From the IMG/VR virus record IMGVR_UViG_3300042922_001182, positions 174,985 through 238,984 of that record: a DNA stretch of 64,000 bases; one strand, written 5' to 3'. Below, one piece after another: positions 9,027 to 18,750 of this stretch (position 1 is its first letter; every line of letters starts with the position of its first letter). Position numbers and translations under genes: made by a program. A model generated the notes under the pieces. It made no database searches. It was not told the origin of the DNA and saw only the letters and a list, made by a program, of their open reading frames with translations.

Positions 9027-10550
9027 ATGGAAAGCTTCGACAACACCAACCCCCAGGCCGGGGCGGACTCCACCCCGGCCGGAACCCCCATGTACGGTAG
9101 CGATCAGGCTGAGCCTCCTTTCGCCCGTCCCAAGGCCAGCGAGCCCCAGCAGGCTCCGGCCTACGACCCTCCGTTCGAGAGGAACGCCGGTGTCCCGCTT
9201 CCCGGAGCCACCCCTCTGAAGCAGCTCGTGGAGAAGCAGCAGAGCGTGGCTCCCGTCCAGGGCTACGTCGTCGACATCGACAACGCCCCGGAGGAGACCC
9301 CCGAGGAGATCATGGGAACCGTCTCCGGCTACCTGGAGGCCTACGACAACCTCTTGGGAGAGACCCCGACCAAGAGCCAGGAGCCTTCTGCCCCGGCGGT
9401 CGAGCGGGAGCCCGTCGTCCACGCTCCGACGACCCCTCCCCCTGTGGTCGAGCAGAAGAAGGACGAGATGTGGTCGGAGCCGGTCTCGCCTCCCCCTGTC
9501 CACAACCCGCCCCCGGATCAGCAGCCCGTCCTGGCCATCCAGCTCACCGAGGACGAGCGGCAGGAGCGAGAGAACGGCAAGATCACGACGCGCAACGTCT
9601 TCGACGGTCTGAACGTCTCGATCGACGTCAACAAGATCGTCCTCTCCGAGTCGAACAAGCTGGTCCAGATGACCTCCATGGAGTCGGTGTTCAACGCCGT
9701 GCCCACCATGAAGGTGATCCTCACCCAGTCCGGCTGGTGGGGTGAGATGTCGGCCCTCAGCATGGCGGAGATCAACTCCATCAACCTGTCGACGAACGAC
9801 CCCTACACGGACACCCGCCGCCAGTACCAGATCCTGCACAAGCACATCGAGTCCAGCAACCTGGGCAAGATCGGCTTCAACGACTTCCTGAAGGCCACCG
9901 CCTTCTACGACGTCGACAGCTTGTACTACGGCTGCTACTGCATGACGTTCCCCGGCGAGAACGAGTTCGAGATCACCTGCCCGTCGTGCCAGAAGAAGAC
10001 CGTCGCGATCATCACCAACAACAGCCTCTTCAAGCGCCCGTCGGCGGAGACGATCGCCAAGGTGAAGCAACTGCGCAACACGGTCGCCACCCCGCAGGAG
10101 CTGGTCGCCGCGTCGCTGCTCTCGGAGACGCACCGCGTCGCCCTGCCGGACAGCAAGATGGTCGTCGAGCTGCGTTCGCCCACGCTGGAGGACTACCTGG
10201 AAAACCTGAACGGCATCACCCCCGAGCAGGCCGACAAGTACGCCAGCGCCGTCGGCATCCGGGCCTTCGTCAGCCGCCTGTTCATGCTGGACATCCCCGC
10301 CACCAAGCGGGCCAACGAGCCCAGGTTCTTCGAGGTCCACGGCGACGTGCTGTTCGAGGCCCTGTGCCGCCTGAGCAAGGTCGACGGCAAGACCGTCAGC
10401 ACGGCCATCGAGGGGGACGTCAAGCGGTACATCATCGGCTACTCTCTGAAGCCGTTCCCCTGCCGCAACTGCAACGACACCATCCCGGAGATGCCCGTCA
10501 ACATGGAGCGCGTGCTTTTCACCCAGATCGCGAAGGAGGTGAGGTCCTAA
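9027..10550 (+). CDS. Baseplate/tail assembly protein (T4 gp26-like) with Pro/Glu-rich N-terminus
   Basis: CPSC and CRNC Zn pairs, LRSPTLED motif, follows the gp25-like gene. Confidence 0.5.
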   Translation: MESFDNTNPQAGADSTPAGTPMYGSDQAEPPFARPKASEPQQAPAYDPPFERNAGVPLPGATPLKQLVEKQQSVAPVQGYVVDIDNAPEETPEEIMGTVSGYLEAYDNLLGETPTKSQEPSAPAVEREPVVHAPTTPPPVVEQKKDEMWSEPVSPPPVHNPPPDQQPVLAIQLTEDERQERENGKITTRNVFDGLNVSIDVNKIVLSESNKLVQMTSMESVFNAVPTMKVILTQSGWWGEMSALSMAEINSINLSTNDPYTDTRRQYQILHKHIESSNLGKIGFNDFLKATAFYDVDSLYYGCYCMTFPGENEFEITCPSCQKKTVAIITNNSLFKRPSAETIAKVKQLRNTVATPQELVAASLLSETHRVALPDSKMVVELRSPTLEDYLENLNGITPEQADKYASAVGIRAFVSRLFMLDIPATKRANEPRFFEVHGDVLFEALCRLSKVDGKTVSTAIEGDVKRYIIGYSLKPFPCRNCNDTIPEMPVNMERVLFTQIAKEVRS

Positions 10551-10720
10551 GGTTCAAGTACCGCAAGTACGCTGAACTTTTGGTCTCAATCATCGACCTA
10601 TTCGAGGGTCGCCTCCAGATAGAGCACGTCATGAACCAGCCGATGCCGATCGTGAAGGACATGATCGACGCTAAGATAAAGCAGATCGAGAAGGAGCGGG
10701 CCAAGATGCCCAAGGTGTAG
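10547..10720 (+). CDS. Small assembly-chaperone-like ORF with no clear start codon
   Basis: Coding-like frame LRFKYRKYAELLVSIIDLFEGRLQIEHVMNQPMPIVKDMIDAKIKQIEKE overlapping the upstream stop in the -1 frame. Confidence 0.4.
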   Translation, partial: LRFKYRKYAELLVSIIDLFEGRLQIEHVMNQPMPIVKDMIDAKIKQIEKERAKMPKV

Positions 10721-10760
10721 GTCCGCTCCCCTCCCACCCACAGAAAGAGAAAGAAAGTCA

Positions 10761-11087
10761 ATGAGCACCAACGAGCAGAACGCCCCCGAGCAGAACGACG
10801 AGCAGAACGCCCCCGAGCAGTCCCCTCCTCCCGTCGAGCTGAACCTGGAGCTCTACAGCGCCACCGTCGTCGCTCAGGACGGTAGCAGCGCCCAGACGGC
10901 GCAGCTGTGGCCCAACCGTGGGACCGCCCTTGCCGAGGCCGAGGCCATGGCCGACCGAGCCAAGGTCGCCATCGTCAAGGTCGACGTCGTCACCCACCGC
11001 ATCAACAGCTCCGTCGTGGAGGCCCTGTCGCAGCACATCGCGGCCCTCCGAGCCCAGATGGCCGAGCAGCAGCAGCCGCAGGGCTAG
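10761..11087 (+). CDS. Hypothetical protein with EQNAPEQ duplication
   Basis: 108-aa ORF, typical codon usage. Confidence 0.7.
   Translation: MSTNEQNAPEQNDEQNAPEQSPPPVELNLELYSATVVAQDGSSAQTAQLWPNRGTALAEAEAMADRAKVAIVKVDVVTHRINSSVVEALSQHIAALRAQMAEQQQPQG
10771..10820 (+). repeat. 23-nt direct repeat, period 27
   Basis: ACGAGCAGAACGCCCCCGAGCAG at 10771 and 10798. Confidence 0.85.
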
Positions 11088-11142
11088 GAGGTAGAGCCAT
11101 GCTGACCTCCGATATCCGGGGTCTGACGGTAGGAGGTCGGCT

Positions 11143-11538
11143 ATGAACATCGAGCTCTACCGTTCGGTGACAGGCGGGAGCGGCGACGTCAACGAGGACA
11201 GGGACCGCCTTCTCAAGGGCTTGAGCTTCACCAGCAACTTCAAGCGACTGGAGCAGGCGGTCAACCTCCTTCTCGAATACAGCCTCTTCTCCGTGGCCTC
11301 CAACTTCAGACCGGGTGAACTGGAAGAGTATCCCCAAGAGGCGAAGCTGGAGAGCGTCCGTCTGGACTTCTCCAGCTACGAAGACGCCGAGGCCCTCTAC
11401 GAGAGGATGTCCTCCGGCGCAATCCCCCAGGTGACACCCCTCCGGTACGTCGTCCTGCACCAAGACAGCATCTACCTCTACCTCCACAACGAGGAAGAGC
11501 ACGGTGTCGAGGCCACCGAGTACTCCGTGGCACTGTAA
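11143..11538 (+). CDS. Hypothetical protein
   Basis: 131 aa; SD AGGAGG. Confidence 0.7.
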   Translation: MNIELYRSVTGGSGDVNEDRDRLLKGLSFTSNFKRLEQAVNLLLEYSLFSVASNFRPGELEEYPQEAKLESVRLDFSSYEDAEALYERMSSGAIPQVTPLRYVVLHQDSIYLYLHNEEEHGVEATEYSVAL

Positions 11539-11627
11539 GGGCGAAAGACCTCCGCTGCAAGGCCAATGCGCCTTGCAGCGGAATGGTTCTCCACACTATA
11601 CCAAGACAGGAAAGAGGAAAGACAACC

Positions 11628-13382
11628 ATGTCCCAGAAAAAGAAGACCGACGTGGACAGGAAGATGCCGTTGGAGGAGACCTTTATCACCTCGAACGTCG
11701 TGACCGAGGCCGACACCCGTCGGCAGATCGGGGACACCCTGACCTTCGTCTCCAAGGCGCTCGCCAAGACGCTCGGCCCCTACGGCTCGACCACCATCGT
11801 CCACGATCGCGAGGCCATGGCCCACTTCATGACGAAGGACGGCTACAAGGTGCTCAACTCCATCCAGATCATGGAGGAGGTCCCGCGCACGGTTCTGAAC
11901 ATCATCACCCGCGTCAGCCGGACCCTGGTCCGCACGGTGGGCGACGGATCGACGTCCTCGATCGTGGTTTCCAACAACCTCTACCACCGGATCGCCAAGC
12001 TCCTCCAGAAGTACTCCATCGCCCCCAAGGACATGGTGGACGCGCTCACCCTCGCCTCCCAGATGCTCGCCGACCTGATCGACAAGAAGGCGTACCAGAT
12101 CCCCGACCTCGACACCGAGGAGGGGCTGGAGCTGGTCGCGTGCGTTGCCGCCGTGTCCACCAACAACGACCTGGCGTCGGGCGACCTCGTCGCCAAGATC
12201 TTCCAGGAGATCGGCCGACACGGCTTCGTCACCATCGACGACAACTTCTCCGAGACCGACGAGTACAAGATCACGAACGGCCTGGAGCACAACCGGGGCT
12301 GGATCGACTCTGTCTTCATCAACGACCACAACCGCAGGTCGGTAGAGTTCGAGAACGCATTCGTCCTCCTGGTGGACGACTTCATGACGCAGAACGACCT
12401 CCAGGTGCTGGCTGAGATGATGACAGAGATCGTTGTCAATAACCGCTCTCCCATGGTCATCGTGGCACGCGGCTTCGACGATGCCACGACCAAGTTCTTC
12501 CGGGACAACAAGGTGAGCAGCCCCACGCTCCCCATCTGCGTGGTGGACATCGCCATGTCGAGCAAGGACCACCTGGAGCGCTTCGAGGACATCGCGGCCT
12601 TCATCGGCGGGCGACCCCTCCGCAAGAGCCAGGGCGAGAAGCTGAGCGAAATCAGCCCTGAGGAGCTCGGCATCGTGAAGGCCTTCAGCAGCGACGAGCT
12701 GAAGACGCGCTTCGTCGGCGGTCGGGGCGTCGCCACGGCGAAGCTGAACGAACGCGTGGAAAAGCTCAAGGAGAAGATCCAGGAGCTCTCCGGCGTCAGC
12801 GACCGGGTCAACCGGGACGCCGAGATCCGACTGGTGGAGAAGCGCATCGCCGCGCTGACCTCCGGGATGGCCGTCCTCCGGGTCGGCGGCGCGACGGACT
12901 CCGAGCGGAGCGCCCGCAAGGACCTGTTCGAGGATGCCGTCTACGCCGTCCAGAGCGCCCTGCGCCACGGCATCGTCATGGGCGGCACCCTGGCGGTCCC
13001 GCACATCATCGCCTCCACCCCTACCATCTACGGCGACTTCGCCAACCTGGTGAGGGAGCGCGAGATGCTGCCCACCGTCGAGAAGCTGAACGACTTCAGC
13101 AAGGACTTCCTGGAGTGCATCCTGAAGTCGTTCAAGATGTCGTTCCGCCAGGTGCTGCTCAACTCCGGCATGAAGGAGAACGTCGCCGATGACAACGTGA
13201 ACCGCTGCGTCACCGGGGGCGTAATCTACAACCTCAGCACCCGGGAGTTCGAGCCGTGGGAGGAGACCTCGATCGTGAACTCGGCGGACACGGAGAAGGA
13301 GATCATGAAAGCGGCCTTCTCCATCATCTCGCTCCTCGCAACGTCGAACCAATTCCTTGCCTCCCGGCCGGGGACGCTCTAA
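11628..13382 (+). CDS. groEL: Phage GroEL-like chaperonin
   Basis: KTLGPYG, TKDG, VGDGSTSS and RKDLFEDAVYAVQSALRHGIVMGG motifs; SD before ATG 11628. Confidence 0.9.
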   Translation: MSQKKKTDVDRKMPLEETFITSNVVTEADTRRQIGDTLTFVSKALAKTLGPYGSTTIVHDREAMAHFMTKDGYKVLNSIQIMEEVPRTVLNIITRVSRTLVRTVGDGSTSSIVVSNNLYHRIAKLLQKYSIAPKDMVDALTLASQMLADLIDKKAYQIPDLDTEEGLELVACVAAVSTNNDLASGDLVAKIFQEIGRHGFVTIDDNFSETDEYKITNGLEHNRGWIDSVFINDHNRRSVEFENAFVLLVDDFMTQNDLQVLAEMMTEIVVNNRSPMVIVARGFDDATTKFFRDNKVSSPTLPICVVDIAMSSKDHLERFEDIAAFIGGRPLRKSQGEKLSEISPEELGIVKAFSSDELKTRFVGGRGVATAKLNERVEKLKEKIQELSGVSDRVNRDAEIRLVEKRIAALTSGMAVLRVGGATDSERSARKDLFEDAVYAVQSALRHGIVMGGTLAVPHIIASTPTIYGDFANLVREREMLPTVEKLNDFSKDFLECILKSFKMSFRQVLLNSGMKENVADDNVNRCVTGGVIYNLSTREFEPWEETSIVNSADTEKEIMKAAFSIISLLATSNQFLASRPGTL

Positions 13383-13540
13383 CCTCCGCTTCTCGGGGCC
13401 TCAATGCGAGGCCCTGCGGCAATTTGCGGGAAAAGCGTGCTTTTTTGTTCGGGTCGGGGTATAATGCGGGGGCCGGGGTGTGAGGTAGAGCCTGCTACCC
13501 TCCCCGGCACCCGCCTCGGGGCAATCCCCCGCATCGACTG

Positions 13541-13548
13541 TATATTAT
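13541..13548 (+). promoter_or_regulatory. Early-type motif TATATTAT
   Basis: Intergenic, upstream of 13616. Confidence 0.6.
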
Positions 13549-13615
13549 ACCCTCGATGCGTAACACCGCAAACCCTGGCGGGCAGAACGCACATTCCACA
13601 GGAAGGACAACCGTA

Positions 13616-14446
13616 ATGGCAAGCGAAAGACGGATCTACACCCCGAACGATGAGGTTTGGGATATGACCATTGGTCAGCTCCTGCAGAACCCCACCGGCT
13701 GGGGCTCGGCCGCCGTCGGGAACCGCGAGCGGATCAAGAAGGACCTGGCCGACAGGTTCCAGGTGCTGATGGTGAAGGCCAAGGGCGAGATCGTCCACCA
13801 GGTCTACACCGACGGCGACGACTTCGTGGTTCACCTGCGCGTTCCTTCGGAGACCATCGAGGGTCTCAAGTACGACGTGGTCCTGCGCCTCCACCCCGAG
13901 ACGGCCGACCAAGCCCTATCGGACTACCGGATGACGCTGTTCTCCAACAGCCCTCACTTCGTCTTCACGTACGCGTACGTGCTGAACCAGAAGGGCTCAT
14001 TGGAGGAGACGGTCAAGGGCAAGATGTCCAGCAAGGCGCTGGACGAGGAGCCCAAGATCAGGAACCCGATCGAGACCTGGGGCTTCGAGAAGAGCACGTA
14101 CTTCGCCTGCCTGTACCTCCGGCACTCCATGCGCACCCGCTCTAGGAATGCCATGGCCAAGGACTCCCTCAAGCTCAACCGGAAGCTGCTCCTGGCGAAC
14201 GTCAAAACGTCGGAGGCGAAGATGGTCGAGTACAAGCAGAAGGAGAAGGAGGCCAAGGAGGCCCGGAAGTCCAAGAAGGCGGCTGCGGCCGGTCGTAATG
14301 CCACCAGGGGGCTGGGGCAGGAGGCCGGGGCAGAGGGCCGCGTCGGGAAGGTCAGGGAGGCCCCCGGCGCTGCTGGTCGTCAGGTCAAACAGTCCAAGTC
14401 GGTCGGTAAGACCGGACGGACCCAGCGCAAGCGCCCTACCCGCTAG
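13616..14446 (+). CDS. Hypothetical protein with basic C-terminal tail
   Basis: SD before ATG 13616; early motif TATATTAT at 13541-13548. Confidence 0.75.
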   Translation: MASERRIYTPNDEVWDMTIGQLLQNPTGWGSAAVGNRERIKKDLADRFQVLMVKAKGEIVHQVYTDGDDFVVHLRVPSETIEGLKYDVVLRLHPETADQALSDYRMTLFSNSPHFVFTYAYVLNQKGSLEETVKGKMSSKALDEEPKIRNPIETWGFEKSTYFACLYLRHSMRTRSRNAMAKDSLKLNRKLLLANVKTSEAKMVEYKQKEKEAKEARKSKKAAAAGRNATRGLGQEAGAEGRVGKVREAPGAAGRQVKQSKSVGKTGRTQRKRPTR

Positions 14447-14486
14447 TATTCCCCCTCAACCCCCAGAAGGGAAGGAACATCATCAC

Positions 14487-15938
14487 TTGCAAGAGACCGT
14501 AGAAATCAGAGAATCCGGGAAGATCATCGCGATCGACTTCTCCACCCCGTTCAAGCACGACCTTGAGCACCTTCACGAGTTCAGCCTCGCTCCGAAGCGC
14601 AACTTTGCCAACATCGCCGACTCCATCAAGGAGATCCTCGGCTATGTTATCGGGCGCAGCGAATCCGTGTTGTACGGCTTCCTCCACTTGCAGAACCGTC
14701 TGCAGGACGAGGACGTCATCCTCTCGGAGGAGGAGGTCGCGGACCTGGTGATGTCGGAAATCGTCAACGACGACGCCCGAGCCATCATCGACGAGCACAT
14801 CGAGTCCACCTACTCGGTGAACCTGGACGAGATGACCAAGACGACCAAGAAGGTCAACGAGGAGCTCCAGTTCACCGACATGCACGCCCGCATCATCCTG
14901 AAGGCGAGCATGGCGATGCGCCTGTCCATCCCGGCGCTCACCCAGTATCTACACGTCTACCAACTCGGCAAGTCCGAGAACCTGTTCTTCAACGTCTTCA
15001 GCCGGATCATGGACGCCTTCACGCCGGAGGGTTACGACGCCAAGGCCAAGATCATGAAGCTGACCGGGTCGATCCTGTCGTCCACCCGGTACAGCGACAA
15101 GGTGCTGTGGGCGTACCTGAAGAACATGGCGCTCGACATCCAGACGCTCCACCGGGAGTTCTTCAAGAAGCTGCTCGTCAATGTGCTCCCCAAGCTCAAG
15201 GTCGATCAGAACGTCGTCCCCTACCTCCACGTCACGATCAAGAACCAGATCGACTTCCTGTTCCGCTCCAAGTTCGCCGTCTCCTACAAGTCGGTGAACA
15301 TGATGGAGTCGGACTCGGAGGGCCTGACGGAATTCGACAAGTTCGAGTCCCAGATGGCGATGGTGGACGAGGGCATGTCGGTCATCTCGAAGGACTCCAT
15401 CTCGGAGGAGATCGAGAACACCGCCCGCGCTATCGGAACCACGCTCACGGTCCAGGAGCTGGAGTACTTCCGGGAGCGCATCGTCATCAACAAGACGCAG
15501 ACCAACCTCGTGTTCACCTTCTTCAGCAAGTTCGTGGGCGATTACTTCGACCTGTACAACTGCTCGAAGGACGAGTACGTGGCGCTCTGCGTGCTGACCC
15601 GCAAGTGGCTCCAGAAGAACGGCTACCGCTACCTGTGGCAGTACGTCACCGGTATCCCGGACGAGCTCCGGGAGCGGAAGACGATCAACAAGAAGGAGTT
15701 CATGGACCGACTGCTGTCGTCGCGCCAGTACAAGTCGCTCTTCGACCAGCAGTACAAGCACACGGTCAGCAACATCGTCGACAGCGGCGTCATCCTCAAG
15801 ACGATCGCCACCCTGAAGGCGAACAAGTTCTACAACATCCCGGACATGGAGGAGGGCTCGGACGTCATGGCCGAGATCGATCCCAAGATCGAGGACCTCA
15901 GCGCGGAGTTCTTGAACTTCGTGGCTGCGGCGGTCTAG
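14487..15938 (+). CDS. Candidate non-virion RNAP promoter-specificity (sigma-like) subunit
   Basis: About 483 aa, alpha-helical; TTG start after SD; two genes from the chaperonin as with AR9 gp228/gp226. Synteny inference only. Confidence 0.4.
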   Translation: MQETVEIRESGKIIAIDFSTPFKHDLEHLHEFSLAPKRNFANIADSIKEILGYVIGRSESVLYGFLHLQNRLQDEDVILSEEEVADLVMSEIVNDDARAIIDEHIESTYSVNLDEMTKTTKKVNEELQFTDMHARIILKASMAMRLSIPALTQYLHVYQLGKSENLFFNVFSRIMDAFTPEGYDAKAKIMKLTGSILSSTRYSDKVLWAYLKNMALDIQTLHREFFKKLLVNVLPKLKVDQNVVPYLHVTIKNQIDFLFRSKFAVSYKSVNMMESDSEGLTEFDKFESQMAMVDEGMSVISKDSISEEIENTARAIGTTLTVQELEYFRERIVINKTQTNLVFTFFSKFVGDYFDLYNCSKDEYVALCVLTRKWLQKNGYRYLWQYVTGIPDELRERKTINKKEFMDRLLSSRQYKSLFDQQYKHTVSNIVDSGVILKTIATLKANKFYNIPDMEEGSDVMAEIDPKIEDLSAEFLNFVAAAV

Positions 15939-16014
15939 CGCCGGAACGGCAAAGGAGAGGGGGAGGGCTTCGGCCCTTCCCCAACCAACTTCCCCTAGGA
16001 CAAGGAAACTCAAC

Positions 16015-16512
16015 ATGAACGTATTCGGTAAGAAGCGCTACAACGCCTACACCAGGCCCTGGACCGTGGGTAGCGTGCTGCACATGCTCGGGGACGGCCA
16101 GCTGATCCTGGACGCGCCCTACCAGAGGGGCCACGTCTGGTCCCAGGAGCAGCAGGAGCGGCTCATCGACTCCCTGGCATCCGGCCTGGGCATCCCGCCT
16201 ATCTACATCCGCGAGCTGGATGCGGGCGAGCAGGCGTGGATAGAGGTGATCGACGGCAAGCAGAGGATTACCGCCCTGCAAGCCTTCGTCCGTGGTGAGT
16301 TCGCCTACAAAGGCCACCTCTACCCGGACCTTCCCAGGTCCCAGCAGAGGTTCTTCGAGGCCATCGGCTTCGGGGCGCTCTCCCTAAAGGAGATCACCGA
16401 CGAGGAGGCGTGGGAGGTCTTCAGGCGGGTGAACTTCTGCGGGGTGCCGCAGGACACGCTGTCCTTCGAGGAGAGGCTCCACGACTACCTAGCAAAGAAA
16501 GCAGACCAATGA
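16015..16512 (+). CDS. DUF262 (ParB/Srx-like) domain protein
   Basis: PYQRGHVWS, LIDSL..GLGIPPIY, VIDGKQRITAL motifs. Confidence 0.85.
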   Translation: MNVFGKKRYNAYTRPWTVGSVLHMLGDGQLILDAPYQRGHVWSQEQQERLIDSLASGLGIPPIYIRELDAGEQAWIEVIDGKQRITALQAFVRGEFAYKGHLYPDLPRSQQRFFEAIGFGALSLKEITDEEAWEVFRRVNFCGVPQDTLSFEERLHDYLAKKADQ

Positions 16513-17039
16513 TTCCGACCAACTGGGTACACATCTCCAAGGTTCGCCTCTTCGTCGGCGAGATGACCTCCCTGACGGAGGAGCACCTGGCCGCCGCCGG
16601 TTACGTCCCCTCAGGCGACGAGAACTCCGACGAGTGGCGTGCCTTCCACAAGAACCAGGCGGACCACTTCCGGGAGGCCCTCTGGAAGATCGGGTACGGC
16701 ACCCCCGACTGCTGGAACTCCGGGATGGCGAAGGCGGCCAGGAAGGCCCTGGACACCGCGCCGAAGACCCTGGAGACCGTCGGGGGTCTCCTCAAGGCCC
16801 CCTCCGACTGCGTCTACTTCGTGAACGGGAAGGCGTACGCCAGCTCTGGCGTCCTCATCGGTGGCCGGGAGGTGCTGGGGATGGCCCTCATCCAGGGGGA
16901 CTTCAACCCGCTGACGCAGTCCATGTGGCAAGAAAACCAGGACGGGGAGGACTTCCGGGTCCACTCTGATATGTCCTTCAACATCCAGGGCCAGCGGGTC
17001 TACTTCTACACCGCTCCCAACCAGATCAACGGAGGCTAG
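16509..17039 (+). CDS. Hypothetical protein
   Basis: ATGA overlap with the previous gene; typical codon usage. Confidence 0.7.
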   Translation: MIPTNWVHISKVRLFVGEMTSLTEEHLAAAGYVPSGDENSDEWRAFHKNQADHFREALWKIGYGTPDCWNSGMAKAARKALDTAPKTLETVGGLLKAPSDCVYFVNGKAYASSGVLIGGREVLGMALIQGDFNPLTQSMWQENQDGEDFRVHSDMSFNIQGQRVYFYTAPNQINGG

Positions 17040-17042
17040 AAC

Positions 17043-17699
17043 ATGCACATGAAGAACTGGGCCTGCTCGCGCTGCGGCCTCAAGGGGGAGAACCGGACCT
17101 TCGCGGACGGCACCGTTGTCAAGCTCTGCGGGGCCCATGTCCTGGAGTCGTGCCACGCCTGCGGGGCCGCGATGGGCGTCGGGTCCATGGCGGTAGCGGT
17201 GGACCACCGCTCGACCGGCGTCCACGGGCTCTGCAAGGGCTGCTCCAAGGCGCTCGTCTTCTCCAGCGACGAGCGGTGGAAGAACTGCATGTTCGGCGGC
17301 CTGCGGATGACGCCCATCGGCCTTCCTCACGTCGTCGCCACCAACATGGAGGATGTGGTCGAGGCGGTCCTGAGTGGCCGGGAGGTCCTGGGCGAAGTGG
17401 AGAACGCTGGCTGGGTGGTCTCGAAGGTCGCCCGCCAGAACGGCCGCAATTCCAACTCGCAGCTGGTCTCCATCGACTTCAGCGCCCCGGAGCCGACCAA
17501 TTTCGAGTTGCCTGAGGAGCTCGTTATCCCGAAGGACCACTACGAGAAGATGGACAAGCTCTTCCAGGATCTGTCGCGAAGCGGGGACCTCCACGTCACT
17601 GCCGTTCAGGGTGGTAAGACTATCGTCTGGGACACCCTGGCCGTCGTTGCGGACGAGTTCGCGAGCTGCGGTGGCCCGGTGCTGGCCGATGGCGAGTAG
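17043..17699 (+). CDS. Hypothetical Cys-rich (Zn-binding) protein
   Basis: CSRC, CHAC, CKGC pairs. Confidence 0.65.
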   Translation: MHMKNWACSRCGLKGENRTFADGTVVKLCGAHVLESCHACGAAMGVGSMAVAVDHRSTGVHGLCKGCSKALVFSSDERWKNCMFGGLRMTPIGLPHVVATNMEDVVEAVLSGREVLGEVENAGWVVSKVARQNGRNSNSQLVSIDFSAPEPTNFELPEELVIPKDHYEKMDKLFQDLSRSGDLHVTAVQGGKTIVWDTLAVVADEFASCGGPVLADGE

Positions 17700-18750
17700 C
17701 GACTCCCTGAGCCTCGGGGAGCTGTTCTACGAGGTGGCCTTGCGCCACCTCGCGGTCTGCTACCCGAACGCGGCCGGTACGGACCTGACCATCCGGTGCC
17801 CCTACTGCGGCGACTCCGACAAGAGCACCCGGAAGGGGCACTTCTACGTCAGCCTCCTGGACGAGCCCCTGCGGTTCTACTGCCAGCGCTGCACCGTCTC
17901 CGGGGTGGTGACGGCTACCACCCTCCGCGATCTCAACCTCCCGGACGACTCCCTGCTCATCCGGGTGTACAAGAGCTGCAAGGAGGCGAAGTACTACCGG
18001 AAGCTCAAGACCAGGGAGACCGGCTTCGCCGACAAGCAGCTGGTGGTCCCGTACCCCCTCGGGACGGCCAGGGAGCTGGAGAACCTGGCCTACATCAACG
18101 AGCGGCTCGGCTCCGACATCACCCTTGCCGAAGCGGCGGAGACCTACCGGGTCCTGCTCAGCTTCAGCGCCTTCTTCAAGGCCAACAAGATCAGCGTCCA
18201 CACCGAGGACCCCGACCGCCTGCGCCTCTACGACAAGGCGTGCGTGGGGTTCCTCAGCTACGACCAGTCCCATGTCGGCTTCCGCTCCCTCAACGAGAGG
18301 TCCACCGGATTCCGTTACCGGACTTACAACATCTTCGGCGAGTACGAGGATGCGTCTCGCTTCTACACCATCAAGTCGGAGGTAGACGTCCTGAAGCAGC
18401 GCCAGCACGTCGTGCTGGCCGAGGGATTCTTCGACATCGTGGGCGTCCACCAGCACGTCTACGGCGGGGAGACGAACGGGTCCATATTCGTCGCCATCAA
18501 CGGCAAGGGCTACAACGTGGTCCTTCTCCACCTCCTCCGCCTGGGCTTCCTGGAGATGGACGTGGACATCTACTCCGACGACGAGCTGGAGCTCGGCTTC
18601 TACAAGAACATGCTCAGCCGTGAGCCCAAGCTAGCCGCGCAGAACTACCGGATACACTACAACCGCAAGTCCAAGGACTTCGGAGTCCCGGCGGACAGCA
18701 TCGCCGTTCGATCCGCCACCCTTAGGATAGAGAGGAACATCAGAAGATGA
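17689..18750 (+). CDS. DNA primase (T4 gp61/DnaG-like)
   Basis: RCPYCGDS..GHFY..YCQRC Zn finger; TOPRIM VLAEGFFD and YSDDE. Confidence 0.75.
   Translation: MASSDSLSLGELFYEVALRHLAVCYPNAAGTDLTIRCPYCGDSDKSTRKGHFYVSLLDEPLRFYCQRCTVSGVVTATTLRDLNLPDDSLLIRVYKSCKEAKYYRKLKTRETGFADKQLVVPYPLGTARELENLAYINERLGSDITLAEAAETYRVLLSFSAFFKANKISVHTEDPDRLRLYDKACVGFLSYDQSHVGFRSLNERSTGFRYRTYNIFGEYEDASRFYTIKSEVDVLKQRQHVVLAEGFFDIVGVHQHVYGGETNGSIFVAINGKGYNVVLLHLLRLGFLEMDVDIYSDDELELGFYKNMLSREPKLAAQNYRIHYNRKSKDFGVPADSIAVRSATLRIERNIRR

Noticed and set aside
13437-13465. Complete sigma70 promoter at TATAAT 13460
   Set aside because: No credible -35 hexamer at 16-18 nt spacing
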